Below, in pieces: positions 11,375 to 20,947 of a stretch of 64,000 nt of DNA (within the stretch, counting starts at the first letter, position 1; every line of letters starts with the position of its first letter). The DNA comes from an uncultured Bacilli bacterium (GTDB lineage Bacteria; Bacillota_I; Bacilli_A; RFN20; CAG-826): assembly GCA_944368975.1 (NCBI GenBank), contig CALVXI010000005.1, positions 20,967-84,966 on the forward strand. The letters run 5' to 3'. The translations under genes and the position numbers were made by a program. Below the pieces are notes generated by a model. It saw nothing but the letters and a program-made list of their open reading frames with translations, made no database searches and was not told the origin of the DNA.

Positions 11375-11592
11375 TGGCAAAACAGGATGTAATAACCGTT
11401 GAGGCGACAGTCACAGAAGCTTTACCAAATTGTAACTTTAAGGTAAAACTAGAAAATGATATGGTAATTCATGCCACTGTTTCAGGTAAAATCCGTATGC
11501 ATTACATTCGCATTTTACCTGGTGATAAAGTTACCATCGAACTTTCGCCTTATGACTTAAACAATGGCAGAATTGTGTTTAGGCACAAATAA
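11374..11592 (+). CDS. infA: Translation initiation factor IF-1
   Basis: 72 aa: [28 protein letters not shown]...[16 protein letters not shown]. Confidence 0.97.
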   Translation: MAKQDVITVEATVTEALPNCNFKVKLENDMVIHATVSGKIRMHYIRILPGDKVTIELSPYDLNNGRIVFRHK

Positions 11593-11605
11593 GGAGGAAA
11601 TTATT

Positions 11606-11719
11606 ATGAAAGTAAGACCTTCAGTAAAACCTATTTGCGACAAATGTAAAGTTATTAGAAGACATGGCAAATTAATGGTCATTTGTTCTAATCCAAAACA
11701 TAAGCAAAGACAAGGTTAA
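11606..11719 (+). CDS. rpmJ: 50S ribosomal protein bL36
   Basis: Not in the ORF track (37 aa). ATG at 11606 after AAGGAGG. Translates to [37 protein letters not shown]. Confidence 0.95.
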   Translation: MKVRPSVKPICDKCKVIRRHGKLMVICSNPKHKQRQG

Positions 11720-11737
11720 TTTAGGAGGAAAAATTGT

Positions 11738-12112
11738 ATGGCACGTATTGTTGGTGTTGATATTCCAAATGATAAAGTTGTTACTTATTCATTAACATAT
11801 ATCTATGGAATTGGTTTATCTACTGCTAAAAAAATTGTCAAAGCTGCAAATGTAGATGAAAGTAAAAGAGTTAAAGATTTAACTGAAGATGAATTAACTA
11901 GAGTTAGAAATGAAGTCGCTCACTACAAGGTCGAAGGTGATCTTAGACGTGAAGTAATGATGAATATTAAACGTTTACAAGAAATTGGTTGTTACCGTGG
12001 TATTCGTCATAGAAGAGGACTTCCAGTAAGAGGTCAAAGAACTAAAACTAACGCTCGTACTCGTAAAGGTCCACGTAAGACCATTGCTAATAAGAAGGAA
12101 GCAGTTAAATAA
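11738..12112 (+). CDS. rpsM: 30S ribosomal protein uS13
   Basis: [13 protein letters not shown]...[26 protein letters not shown]. Confidence 0.98.
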   Translation: MARIVGVDIPNDKVVTYSLTYIYGIGLSTAKKIVKAANVDESKRVKDLTEDELTRVRNEVAHYKVEGDLRREVMMNIKRLQEIGCYRGIRHRRGLPVRGQRTKTNARTRKGPRKTIANKKEAVK

Positions 12113-12124
12113 GGAGGTTAGGAT

Positions 12125-12514
12125 ATGGCTAAGAAACAAACTACTCGTAAAAAGAAAATTAAAAGAGCTTATACGAAAGGTGTTGCACATATTCACGCCA
12201 CCTTTAATAACACTATTGTCACTATTACCGATGAACAAGGAAATGCAATTGCTTGGTCAAGTAGTGGTGTCTTAGGCTTCAAAGGAGCCAAAAAATCAAC
12301 CCCATTTGCTGCTCAAAGCGCTGCTGAAGCTGCTGGTAGAGCTGCAGTTGAACAAGGTATTAAAACTGTTGATGTTGATGTTAAAGGACCAGGAGCTGGT
12401 AGAGAAAGTGCAATTAGAGCTCTTTCCCAAGCAGGATTAACAATTACTTCAATTGTTGATACTACACCAATTCCACATAATGGTTGTAGACCACCAAAAC
12501 ATCCACATGGTTGA
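12125..12514 (+). CDS. rpsK: 30S ribosomal protein uS11 (atypical C-terminus)
   Basis: [18 protein letters not shown]...[12 protein letters not shown]. It ends HPHG-TGA instead of the usual basic RRRV-type tail. Confidence 0.95.
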   Translation: MAKKQTTRKKKIKRAYTKGVAHIHATFNNTIVTITDEQGNAIAWSSSGVLGFKGAKKSTPFAAQSAAEAAGRAAVEQGIKTVDVDVKGPGAGRESAIRALSQAGLTITSIVDTTPIPHNGCRPPKHPHG

Positions 12515-12537
12515 TTTTAGTTAAAGGAGGCTAGAAG

Positions 12538-13524
12538 ATGGAAAATACTGAATTAAAAATTGCACGTCCATTCGAAAGAACTAATTTTGAATTAGAAATT
12601 CACGATCCAAGTGAAAATTACGCACGTGTTGTTTGCACCCCACTTGAAAGAGGATTTGGAACAACTTTAGGAAATGCACTTAGACGTGTATTACTCTCTA
12701 GTTTACCTGGAACTAGTGTTTATTGTGTTGAAGTTGAAGGAGCTGTTCACGAATTTACAGCTTTAGAAGGTGTTGAAGAAGACTTAACACAAATTATCTT
12801 AAATTTAAAAGATTTAATTTTAAAATCAGATACAATTAGCGATGAAGAATATTCTGCTGATGTTGATATTACTGGTCCAGCTACTTTAAAGGCTAGTGAT
12901 ATTGAACTTCCTACAGGTCTTGAAATCGTTAATGGCGATTTAGAAATTGCTCATATTGCTGAAGGTGGCCGTTTAAGAATGACTCTTCATATTAAAAATG
13001 GAAGAGGCTATGTTACTAGTGAACAAAATAAAATCTTAAATAGATTACCACTTCATGCTATTGCTACTGATAGTAACTATTCAAGTGTTACTAGAGTCCA
13101 ATATGATGTCGATCCAACCCGTGTTGGTCATGATAGTCAATATGATAAACTTACATTACAAGTTTGGACAAATGGTGCTATTAGCCCAGTTGATGCAATT
13201 AGTTTAGCAAGTAAAATCTTAATCGCTCACTTTGAAAAATTCTTAACAATTGGTCAAAAAGATTTAGATTCGATTAACTTAGTCAAAGATAAGGAAACCC
13301 CATCAGAAGATAAATTTGAAGATTTAACTGTTGAAGATCTCGATTTAAGTGTTAGAAGTTATAACTGCTTAAAACGTGCAGGTATCGCAACTGTTGCTGA
13401 GTTAACTCAAAAAACAGAAGCTGAAATGATGAAAGTTAGAAATTTAGGTAGAAAATCACTTAAAGAAGTTAAAGATAAACTTGAAGAAAAAGGTTTAAGC
13501 TTCAAAGATGGAAAACCTGAATAA
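12538..13524 (+). CDS. rpoA: DNA-directed RNA polymerase alpha subunit
   Basis: 328 aa. PLERGFGTTLGNALRRVLLSSLPG, plus C-terminal domain LDLSVRSYNCLKRAGI. Confidence 0.98.
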   Translation: MENTELKIARPFERTNFELEIHDPSENYARVVCTPLERGFGTTLGNALRRVLLSSLPGTSVYCVEVEGAVHEFTALEGVEEDLTQIILNLKDLILKSDTISDEEYSADVDITGPATLKASDIELPTGLEIVNGDLEIAHIAEGGRLRMTLHIKNGRGYVTSEQNKILNRLPLHAIATDSNYSSVTRVQYDVDPTRVGHDSQYDKLTLQVWTNGAISPVDAISLASKILIAHFEKFLTIGQKDLDSINLVKDKETPSEDKFEDLTVEDLDLSVRSYNCLKRAGIATVAELTQKTEAEMMKVRNLGRKSLKEVKDKLEEKGLSFKDGKPE

Positions 13525-13541
13525 TTTAGGAGACTATAATT

Positions 13542-13937
13542 ATGCAAATTGGTAGAAAGAATGTTCATGGTAAGGGTGGTGTAAGATTTAAGACCCCTTA
13601 TACTAGTAGTAAACATAAAGCACAAATTAGAAATTTATGTACTGAACTTGTCATTTTTGAAAAAGTAACTGTTACTAGAGGAATGGCAAAAGACGTTATT
13701 AAACAATTCGATCGTTTAGTAACATATGCTAAAAAAGGTGATTTACATAGTAGAAGACTTGCTGCAAGTATTTTACGTAAATACGATTTAGATAATCAAA
13801 CTGATGCTTTAACAAAATTATTTAGTGATTTAGCTAAGAGATTTGAAGATCGTAATGGTGGTTATCTCCGTATCTTAAAACTTGAAAATAGAAAAGGTGA
13901 TAACGCTCCAATGAGATTATTAGTTTTAGCAGACTAA
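13542..13937 (+). CDS. rplQ: 50S ribosomal protein bL17
   Basis: TSSKHKAQIRNLCTELV...GGYLRILKLENRKGDNAPM. Last gene of the alpha operon. Confidence 0.95.
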   Translation: MQIGRKNVHGKGGVRFKTPYTSSKHKAQIRNLCTELVIFEKVTVTRGMAKDVIKQFDRLVTYAKKGDLHSRRLAASILRKYDLDNQTDALTKLFSDLAKRFEDRNGGYLRILKLENRKGDNAPMRLLVLAD

Positions 13938-13964
13938 TTAATTTACATAAAATCTAAAATAAAG

Positions 13965-14000
13965 GCACTTATTAAGAGATTAATAGGTGCTTTTTTATTT
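13965..14000 (+). terminator. Rho-independent terminator of the alpha operon
   Basis: GCACTTATTA / TAATAGGTGC 10-bp stem (one G-U pair), 6-nt loop, then TTTTTTATTTT. Confidence 0.8.
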
Positions 14001-14119
14001 TAACGAATAGCAATAATAATCAAATATTAATATTTTATGAGATAAAATTAAGATTAAATATTTATCAATGTAATAGTAAGTTTTAAAAATGTAAGATATA
14101 AACATAAGGAGCAATATAT

Positions 14120-16450
14120 ATGTTAAAAAGGTTTATGCTTTGTTCTTTGGGATTATTATTATCCTTATCTTTATGTTCAAATCAATCCAAAACTGTATTA
14201 ATTGATGAGAAACCTAAACTTTTAGAGGAAACAAGTGTAAAATTAAAACTTGATAATAAGGAAGAATTGCTTTTAGAGCTGACCGATGTCGAATTTATTT
14301 CGATGAAAAATAACGAAACAAATTGGTACGAAGCCAATTTATCAAATATTTATTCAAATAAAGTTAACGTCTTAGAATGCTTATTGTTCGATAACGAAAA
14401 AGATTTTTTGGAGATTACTTATTGTGAAAAAAATCAAGATAAAATAGTTAATGATAGATATGAGATTTTAAGTCAAGATATAACAAATAAAATAATAGAA
14501 GACGCTGTAATTCTTAATGAAATTAATGAAGATATTATAGCTAGACAGCGTTCTTATTTATTTCAATTGCAAAATGATTTTTACTTATTTAAAAAAGGCT
14601 TAAATGGTAAAAATGTATTAGAAGAAAATGCTACTAGAATTAAGCAAAAAACATCAACTGATATATTTCTTGATGCTTTTGATCCAGAAAATGGTAATGA
14701 TGTTTTTAGGCTTCTTCCAAAGAATGTTTTTATGGTTACGGATAAAATATCATATTTTGGCAAGGAATTTGGTTTTTATATTAAATCTTTGGAAAGCAGC
14801 ACATCAAATAATATATTTACAAACAAGGGTATTTTTGCTTTAGTAAATATTGAAACAAGGATTCCTAATGCCGGAATAGGTAATAATGGTGAACTTTTAT
14901 ACCGTATTGAAAATCCTCTTATTTATAAATTTACTTATACTTATGATTTTAATACAAATAGCGCAAATATTTTATTTAATGAAAAACTTGAAAAATATTT
15001 TTTAACTAATTTTAAATTCGTTTGTCAAATTGAGAATGAAAATGAATTAAATTTTGGTGATACTAATTATAATGTGGACGAAGATTATGGTGATTATTTA
15101 ACCGGAGTTAGTTATGAGTACAATGCTTGTTCACCTTTAAGATGGGATGAGAATGAATATCCTATTTATGATATAGCCACAACCGCTATAAGTGCGGTGA
15201 CATTTATTGCTGGAGCAGTTTTTCCACCTTTAGAACTCTTTTGTGATGCTATTGACCTTATTTTATTAGGTTTAGATATTTATAAAATAGCTGAAGAGAG
15301 CATTGAGGTATCAAAAAGTAACGAACCATATCGTGAAAAAATTTCATTTGTAAACAATAATTGTCACAAAACTTTAGCTGCAAAAAACGAACAACTATAT
15401 TTATATGGTTGTATGTTAAGGACAATCGCCGGTCAGCCAACTTATGACGATAATTCTATGCCCGCTTTATACGGAGAAGAAAATTGGGTGGAATTTAAGC
15501 CAACAGTTATGTCTGATGCTTATAATCTAAATGGAAGTTCAGAAATGCATTTATACTTTGGCTTTTCTTGCGATTTAGTTGAGGATATTTCCACTAAAAA
15601 TAAATATGAGTTGAGAAAAATCGATACTTTATCTACTATAACTGATTTTGATACATATCAGTCAAATAAGAAAATGTATGATTTAGATCGAAATTTTAAA
15701 ATAGCTGATTCAATACAGCTTAAACCTAATGAAACAAGACGTTTTGCACTAGTAGGTTTAAATAATAAATTAAATTATTTTAATTTTAACTTGAGAGGTT
15801 CTAAATTTAGAGCAAAAGTATTGGGGTATGAGACGTCTGATTTTTCTTCTCAACCTAAAAAAACTGTTTTTGATTATATAGTTGAAGAAGAATTAACCTG
15901 TGGTGCAAGCTTCACATTTAATATTCCAAATGAACTGACTTATGGATTAGAAATTACAAATTTAGCTAATGAATCTGACTTTATCGACTTAGAAATTAGA
16001 TATCCTGGAGAGGAAATAACGAGAACTGACCAGGTAAATCTTTCAAGCATAACTTTAAATCATAAAGTTGAGTCTGATAACTTAAGTATCCTTTCGTTTG
16101 GTATTTTAATTAATTTATTAGATTTAAATTCTTATGAATTTAATGATATTCAAAAAAGTAACATAAATATTACACCTGATAAAAGAGTTGATTTTAAAAT
16201 TTATGATAATAATGTAAAACTTGAAAATGAAGGAAGTGATAATGGTTATTATGATAGTATCATATATAATGAAAAATATACTTTCGACTTAAAAGATTAT
16301 TCAAATAATAGAATTAGAATGCCATTAGGATTAAGGTTTAATGTCTCAAGACTTACAACCGAGGTTTCGATTGAAATATCTATAGATACTATAATTAATA
16401 ATTTAAATTATGTTCCTACTATGAATATTGATGATTTAATTCTAATTTAA
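14120..16450 (+). CDS. Hypothetical secreted/surface protein (776 aa), no recognised domain
   Basis: N-terminal signal peptide MLKRFMLCSLGLLLSLSLCSNQ (possible lipobox LSLC). AAGGAG RBS. Asn/Tyr-rich. One internal hydrophobic stretch (ATTAISAVTFIAGAVFPPLELF). Confidence 0.75.
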   Translation: MLKRFMLCSLGLLLSLSLCSNQSKTVLIDEKPKLLEETSVKLKLDNKEELLLELTDVEFISMKNNETNWYEANLSNIYSNKVNVLECLLFDNEKDFLEITYCEKNQDKIVNDRYEILSQDITNKIIEDAVILNEINEDIIARQRSYLFQLQNDFYLFKKGLNGKNVLEENATRIKQKTSTDIFLDAFDPENGNDVFRLLPKNVFMVTDKISYFGKEFGFYIKSLESSTSNNIFTNKGIFALVNIETRIPNAGIGNNGELLYRIENPLIYKFTYTYDFNTNSANILFNEKLEKYFLTNFKFVCQIENENELNFGDTNYNVDEDYGDYLTGVSYEYNACSPLRWDENEYPIYDIATTAISAVTFIAGAVFPPLELFCDAIDLILLGLDIYKIAEESIEVSKSNEPYREKISFVNNNCHKTLAAKNEQLYLYGCMLRTIAGQPTYDDNSMPALYGEENWVEFKPTVMSDAYNLNGSSEMHLYFGFSCDLVEDISTKNKYELRKIDTLSTITDFDTYQSNKKMYDLDRNFKIADSIQLKPNETRRFALVGLNNKLNYFNFNLRGSKFRAKVLGYETSDFSSQPKKTVFDYIVEEELTCGASFTFNIPNELTYGLEITNLANESDFIDLEIRYPGEEITRTDQVNLSSITLNHKVESDNLSILSFGILINLLDLNSYEFNDIQKSNINITPDKRVDFKIYDNNVKLENEGSDNGYYDSIIYNEKYTFDLKDYSNNRIRMPLGLRFNVSRLTTEVSIEISIDTIINNLNYVPTMNIDDLILI

Positions 16451-16460
16451 TGGGGTTTTT

Positions 16461-17777
16461 ATGAAAAAGAAGTTATTATTATCTATTTTGCCATTATTCT
16501 TATTATCATCATGCGGAGATATTGTTTTAAAACCAGTTAATGAAGAACCTAAAGAGTATCAAGCAAAAACTTTAGATGAGGCAATTATTGAAGCAGCTTC
16601 TAATAATTTAAAAATAAAAGGGACGATGAAATTATATAGGAATAATGGCTATCCTTATGATCTTTATGATATTGAAGCAGTTTATTATCAAAGCGGTGTA
16701 TGTACGATTAATGGATGGCCATATTATGTTGAAAATAATGAAGTTTATAAATTAGCTCCTAGTGTTGGTTTTAATTTTAAATTTCAAAAAATTGAAGACG
16801 ATTATCGTCGATTTATAAATCCTTTTAAATTAGCAATTAAAGAAAATAATGAAGTCGTTGATTATGGAAAAGGCTCTTTATCTCATAGTGTGAATACGAA
16901 ATATTTATCTATAAATGATTATAATGAAATGTATAGTTCAGAATATAATATTGCTTTATTAATGAAATGGAATATTTTTTCTCATTACTTTAATTTCAAA
17001 AATATTAAAAATTATAATTTATATACTAACTTTACTGTATATTATGAAAAAGCAGATTGGATTTATAATTTAAGCAAATTTACTTTTTCATTCAAAAATG
17101 TTTTAGAAGGAAAAGGTGAATTCGTATTAGAATACGGTAATAGTTTAAAAGATATGTCTAAAGATGAAATTGAAGATAATTTTAATGTAAATATTGATTA
17201 TTATGAATATCTAGAAGAATTTACTAAAGATGAGCAAGAATATGTTATTAAAAAAACTACTGATTATTATGGTGGACCAATTAAAAATGAAATATATTTA
17301 GTAGCAAAGAAAAAGGATTTATATTATATAGAAAATTACGATACTAAAAAATATAGAGTGTTTTATAACGATAATGGAAGTGCAAAAGAAATTTATAGTG
17401 TAAATAATGAGTTCCATGTACCTAAAGAGTATTTATTAGATGATCATAATAAACCAATAGATTTTTGTTATTTTGCTAATTCTCAAATTTATAGTGTGGA
17501 TAATTTTAGTGAAAACTGTGTAAATAATGAGTTTAGGATTTCAAGAAAAGATTATTTTAAAAAATATTCTTTGCTCCCAATTAAATATTTTCAAAACGAA
17601 CATTCTTGGATTACAGATACGATTATTAGAAATAATATTTACGAATCTAAAAAATACATGGAATATGGAAATTATGATGGAAATTTAATTCCTAATTATA
17701 TTATAAAAATTTATATAAATAATAGAGAATATGATATAAAAATTCCCTTTTCAATTAATGATTTAATATTCGATTAA
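16461..17777 (+). CDS. Hypothetical lipoprotein (438 aa), no recognised domain
   Basis: Classical lipobox LFLLSSCGD. Starts 10 nt after the previous stop. Confidence 0.75.
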   Translation: MKKKLLLSILPLFLLSSCGDIVLKPVNEEPKEYQAKTLDEAIIEAASNNLKIKGTMKLYRNNGYPYDLYDIEAVYYQSGVCTINGWPYYVENNEVYKLAPSVGFNFKFQKIEDDYRRFINPFKLAIKENNEVVDYGKGSLSHSVNTKYLSINDYNEMYSSEYNIALLMKWNIFSHYFNFKNIKNYNLYTNFTVYYEKADWIYNLSKFTFSFKNVLEGKGEFVLEYGNSLKDMSKDEIEDNFNVNIDYYEYLEEFTKDEQEYVIKKTTDYYGGPIKNEIYLVAKKKDLYYIENYDTKKYRVFYNDNGSAKEIYSVNNEFHVPKEYLLDDHNKPIDFCYFANSQIYSVDNFSENCVNNEFRISRKDYFKKYSLLPIKYFQNEHSWITDTIIRNNIYESKKYMEYGNYDGNLIPNYIIKIYINNREYDIKIPFSINDLIFD

Positions 17778-17845
17778 TATTTATTTAAGATTGCTTTATA
17801 AATTTTATTAATTATAATTTTAAGTATACGGAGGCTAACTTTTTT

Positions 17846-19531
17846 ATGGTTAAGAAGTTAAAGAAATATTTTTCAAAAGAAACAGTTATTTTTGTTGCTA
17901 TTATATTACTTTTCTACATTTTATGGGGAACTGTAAGCTTATTTTGTGATAAAAATAATAGTTTAACTAATAGTGGACATCCAATTTATGCAGTAATAAT
18001 GAATTTATTTCATATTCCATTTACTAATGCTTATGCTGCTACTTGGGTTCAATTTTTAGTATTCATGTTTTTGATATTTGTTACAACACTTGTATTTGGA
18101 ATTGTTTTGATTTATTTATTAAAAAATCATCAAAAAATTACTTGGAAATACTATGTTAGTTTAGGAGGAAGTTTCTTAATTAGCTGTTTTGTTCCAATTT
18201 TATTAAGTTTTGCTAGATCATTTACTTTTAGTGAAGCATCTATTCAATATGTAACATTTACTGGAACAACCTTTTTAATGACATTAATTACTTTAGTTTT
18301 CTTAGTACCAGTCCTTTTATTTATTTACTTTATCATTTATGTTTTAAAGAAATATGTTTTTACAAAGAAAGTATTTGGAGATACATCATTAGAATCTAAT
18401 AAAATTACTTTAGATAATGGTGATATTATTGATGCTAATGAAGAAATATTTGTTGGACTTAAAAATATTGATAATAACTTTACTAGTGAATTATTTATTC
18501 AAGATAACGAATTAACTTTAAAAGAAATAGCTGATAGATTTAGAAATTATTTAGCAGTTAAACACGAATTATATTTTGATATTAAAATAATTAGAGCTTT
18601 TATTGGTGCTTTTAGTGCTAGTAGACTTATCATTTTAGAAGGTTTAAGTGGCACAGGTAAATCAAGTTTACCTCGTTATTTTAGTGAATTTATTAATGAG
18701 GAAGCTTTCTTTGCTCCTGTTCAAGCAACTTGGAGAGATCGTACCAATTTACTTGGTTATTATAATGATTTTAGTAAAACATTTAAGGAAACTGATTTCC
18801 TTTGTCGATTATATAATGCAACATATAGTCCAAATCATTTAAATATAATGGTTTTAGATGAACTTAATCTAAGTAGAATTGAGTACTATTTTGCTGATTT
18901 TATATCGATTCTTGAATATCCTAGCGAAGAATGGAAAATTACTTTAATGCATTTACCACAAAATTATGTTGAACCTGAACATTTAACTAATGGTGTTTTA
19001 AAAATTAACGAAAATACATTCTTTGTTGGAACAGCCAATAAAGATGATTCAACTTATTTAATCACTGATAAAGTTTATGATAGAGCAATGGTTCTTGATT
19101 TTGAAGATCGTAATGAACCATTTGAAGTTATTGGAGGAAGTGATTCAATCTCCTTATCTTATACGAGATTGATGGAATTATTTAAAGAAGCTCAAGAGAA
19201 TAAGGAATATCAATTTAATAAAGAAGATTATGAAAAATTCCGTAAAATATGTGATTTTACTTATGAAACATTTGATATCACTTTTGGTAATCGTATCATG
19301 AATCAAATTAAAGATTTTGTTCCAACATTTGTTAGCTTAGGAGGAACAAAAGAAGAAGCTCTTGATATAATGTTTAGTAAGAAGATTCTTCGTAAAGTTG
19401 AAGGTCGTTATGAAGATTATATTTATAATGGATTATCTAAACTTCTTAATTTAATTAATAAAACATATGGTAAAGGTGTATTTACTTTAACAGAAAGAGC
19501 AATTACTAACTTATTAAAGAAAGTTAAATAA
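17846..19531 (+). CDS. McrB-family AAA+ NTPase fused to an N-terminal multi-pass transmembrane domain
   Basis: Residues ~10-170 contain 4-5 long hydrophobic helices. These are followed by Walker A ILEGLSGTGKSSL and Walker B IMVLDELNLSRIEYYFADFISILE. FFVGTANKDDSTYLITDKVYDRAMVLDF resembles the McrB MNxxDRS signature. GGAGG RBS at 17831. Confidence 0.7.
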   Translation: MVKKLKKYFSKETVIFVAIILLFYILWGTVSLFCDKNNSLTNSGHPIYAVIMNLFHIPFTNAYAATWVQFLVFMFLIFVTTLVFGIVLIYLLKNHQKITWKYYVSLGGSFLISCFVPILLSFARSFTFSEASIQYVTFTGTTFLMTLITLVFLVPVLLFIYFIIYVLKKYVFTKKVFGDTSLESNKITLDNGDIIDANEEIFVGLKNIDNNFTSELFIQDNELTLKEIADRFRNYLAVKHELYFDIKIIRAFIGAFSASRLIILEGLSGTGKSSLPRYFSEFINEEAFFAPVQATWRDRTNLLGYYNDFSKTFKETDFLCRLYNATYSPNHLNIMVLDELNLSRIEYYFADFISILEYPSEEWKITLMHLPQNYVEPEHLTNGVLKINENTFFVGTANKDDSTYLITDKVYDRAMVLDFEDRNEPFEVIGGSDSISLSYTRLMELFKEAQENKEYQFNKEDYEKFRKICDFTYETFDITFGNRIMNQIKDFVPTFVSLGGTKEEALDIMFSKKILRKVEGRYEDYIYNGLSKLLNLINKTYGKGVFTLTERAITNLLKKVK

Positions 19532-19532
19532 T

Positions 19533-20945
19533 ATGATTTCTAATAGTAACATTAAATTTTTAGAGAATTTTAATCTTTCGCTTAAGAAATTTTATCCAAA
19601 TGGAAAAATCAGCTTTTATAATCTTAATGAAAAGATAAAAAAAGAAGAGATTAAAGCTTATGGTAAAACAATTAATCGTATTAATTTTGGATTAATTGAT
19701 GAAATTAATAATGTTATTAAAGAAATTTCTAGAATATGTAGTGCTCCTTTAATTAGTGTTAAATATCTTGATGAGATTGTTAAAATTGAAAGTGCGACGA
19801 ATATAAATGAAGAATCAATAAAAGAAACAATTAATGATTCTAGTTTATGGAAAATTCGAAATCAAAAACCTGAACCTGAAAAGTCTCATAATAATTTAAT
19901 TGAAGAAAATTATGCTACTTATGAAAATTGTTTTATTAAATTATTAATAGATAAAATTGAAGGAATTTTACGTTATTATGAAGGAAGTATTTTTTCTAAA
20001 ATAAAAACTATTGGAAGCTATTTTAATTCTCTTGAATTAGGGTTTTCTAAATTTTCAGTCTTTAATAATTATTCAATTAAAGATTTAACAAAGAAAGCAA
20101 TTTTAGATAAAGGAAACTCAAAATATTTTGAATATTATAAGAAAACCCTGCAAATCCTTAATAAAATTAAGATTTTTAAAAGTTCTTTACTTTATAAAGA
20201 ATGCTCAAGAGTTAAAGATATAGATCCAAATATTCATTTAACTAATATCTTATCAAAAAATTATTCTTATAATTATTGCTTTAAATTTTATATTAATAAG
20301 ATACTTCGTAATTATGAAAAAACTACAGAAATAAATTATTATAATTATGCCTTAATTAGATTACTAATCTCTTTATTCGATAATGGTTTTTCATTTAAAG
20401 AACCTAATAGTGTTTTAACATTATATTCAGACAACGATAATATTTTAAGATTTGATAATATTAAACTTATTAAGAATGGTGTTAATTTAACTATTAGATC
20501 ATTAAATGAATTAGATATCGAATTTGAGACTAATCTTGATTTTAGTTATTATAGTTTTATTAAAAATAAAAATCTTAAAAATAAAAGAGCTAATAAACTT
20601 CATTTAATATTTAGACCAAGTTTATCAAATATTTTTGATTATGAAGAATTAAATAATTTAAATACTTACTACATTTTATTTAATACAGATGGACTATTTA
20701 ATAAAAACATAGTTTTAGTTAATGATAAAAAAGATCTCGACATTACTTTAAATAATTTTGTTAATACATTAGCTTTTATGATTGAAGGATCGAATGAAAT
20801 ATATTCAAAGAAATGTCCTATTTGTGGAAGTGATTTAATTAATGAAGTAGATGGCGATTATACTTGTGAAAATTGTGATTCAAATTATTCTTTATTAAAA
20901 AATAAAAGAAAAGAATTTGTTTATATTAAAAGATTTAATCGTTAA
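19533..20945 (+). CDS. Hypothetical partner of the McrB-like NTPase (McrC position), DUF2357-like box plus C-terminal zinc ribbon
   Basis: Starts 1 nt after the upstream stop. YATYENCFIKLLI resembles the TPENRF(V/L)K box I associate with DUF2357/McrC-like partners. C-terminus has CPICG-x15-CENCD. No PD-(D/E)xK motif recognised. Confidence 0.4.
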   Translation: MISNSNIKFLENFNLSLKKFYPNGKISFYNLNEKIKKEEIKAYGKTINRINFGLIDEINNVIKEISRICSAPLISVKYLDEIVKIESATNINEESIKETINDSSLWKIRNQKPEPEKSHNNLIEENYATYENCFIKLLIDKIEGILRYYEGSIFSKIKTIGSYFNSLELGFSKFSVFNNYSIKDLTKKAILDKGNSKYFEYYKKTLQILNKIKIFKSSLLYKECSRVKDIDPNIHLTNILSKNYSYNYCFKFYINKILRNYEKTTEINYYNYALIRLLISLFDNGFSFKEPNSVLTLYSDNDNILRFDNIKLIKNGVNLTIRSLNELDIEFETNLDFSYYSFIKNKNLKNKRANKLHLIFRPSLSNIFDYEELNNLNTYYILFNTDGLFNKNIVLVNDKKDLDITLNNFVNTLAFMIEGSNEIYSKKCPICGSDLINEVDGDYTCENCDSNYSLLKNKRKEFVYIKRFNR

Positions 20946-20947
20946 AT

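Noticed and set aside
12512-12520. TGA read-through to extend uS11.
   Set aside because: Read-through would add only Trp-Phe before TAG and would not recreate a canonical tail.
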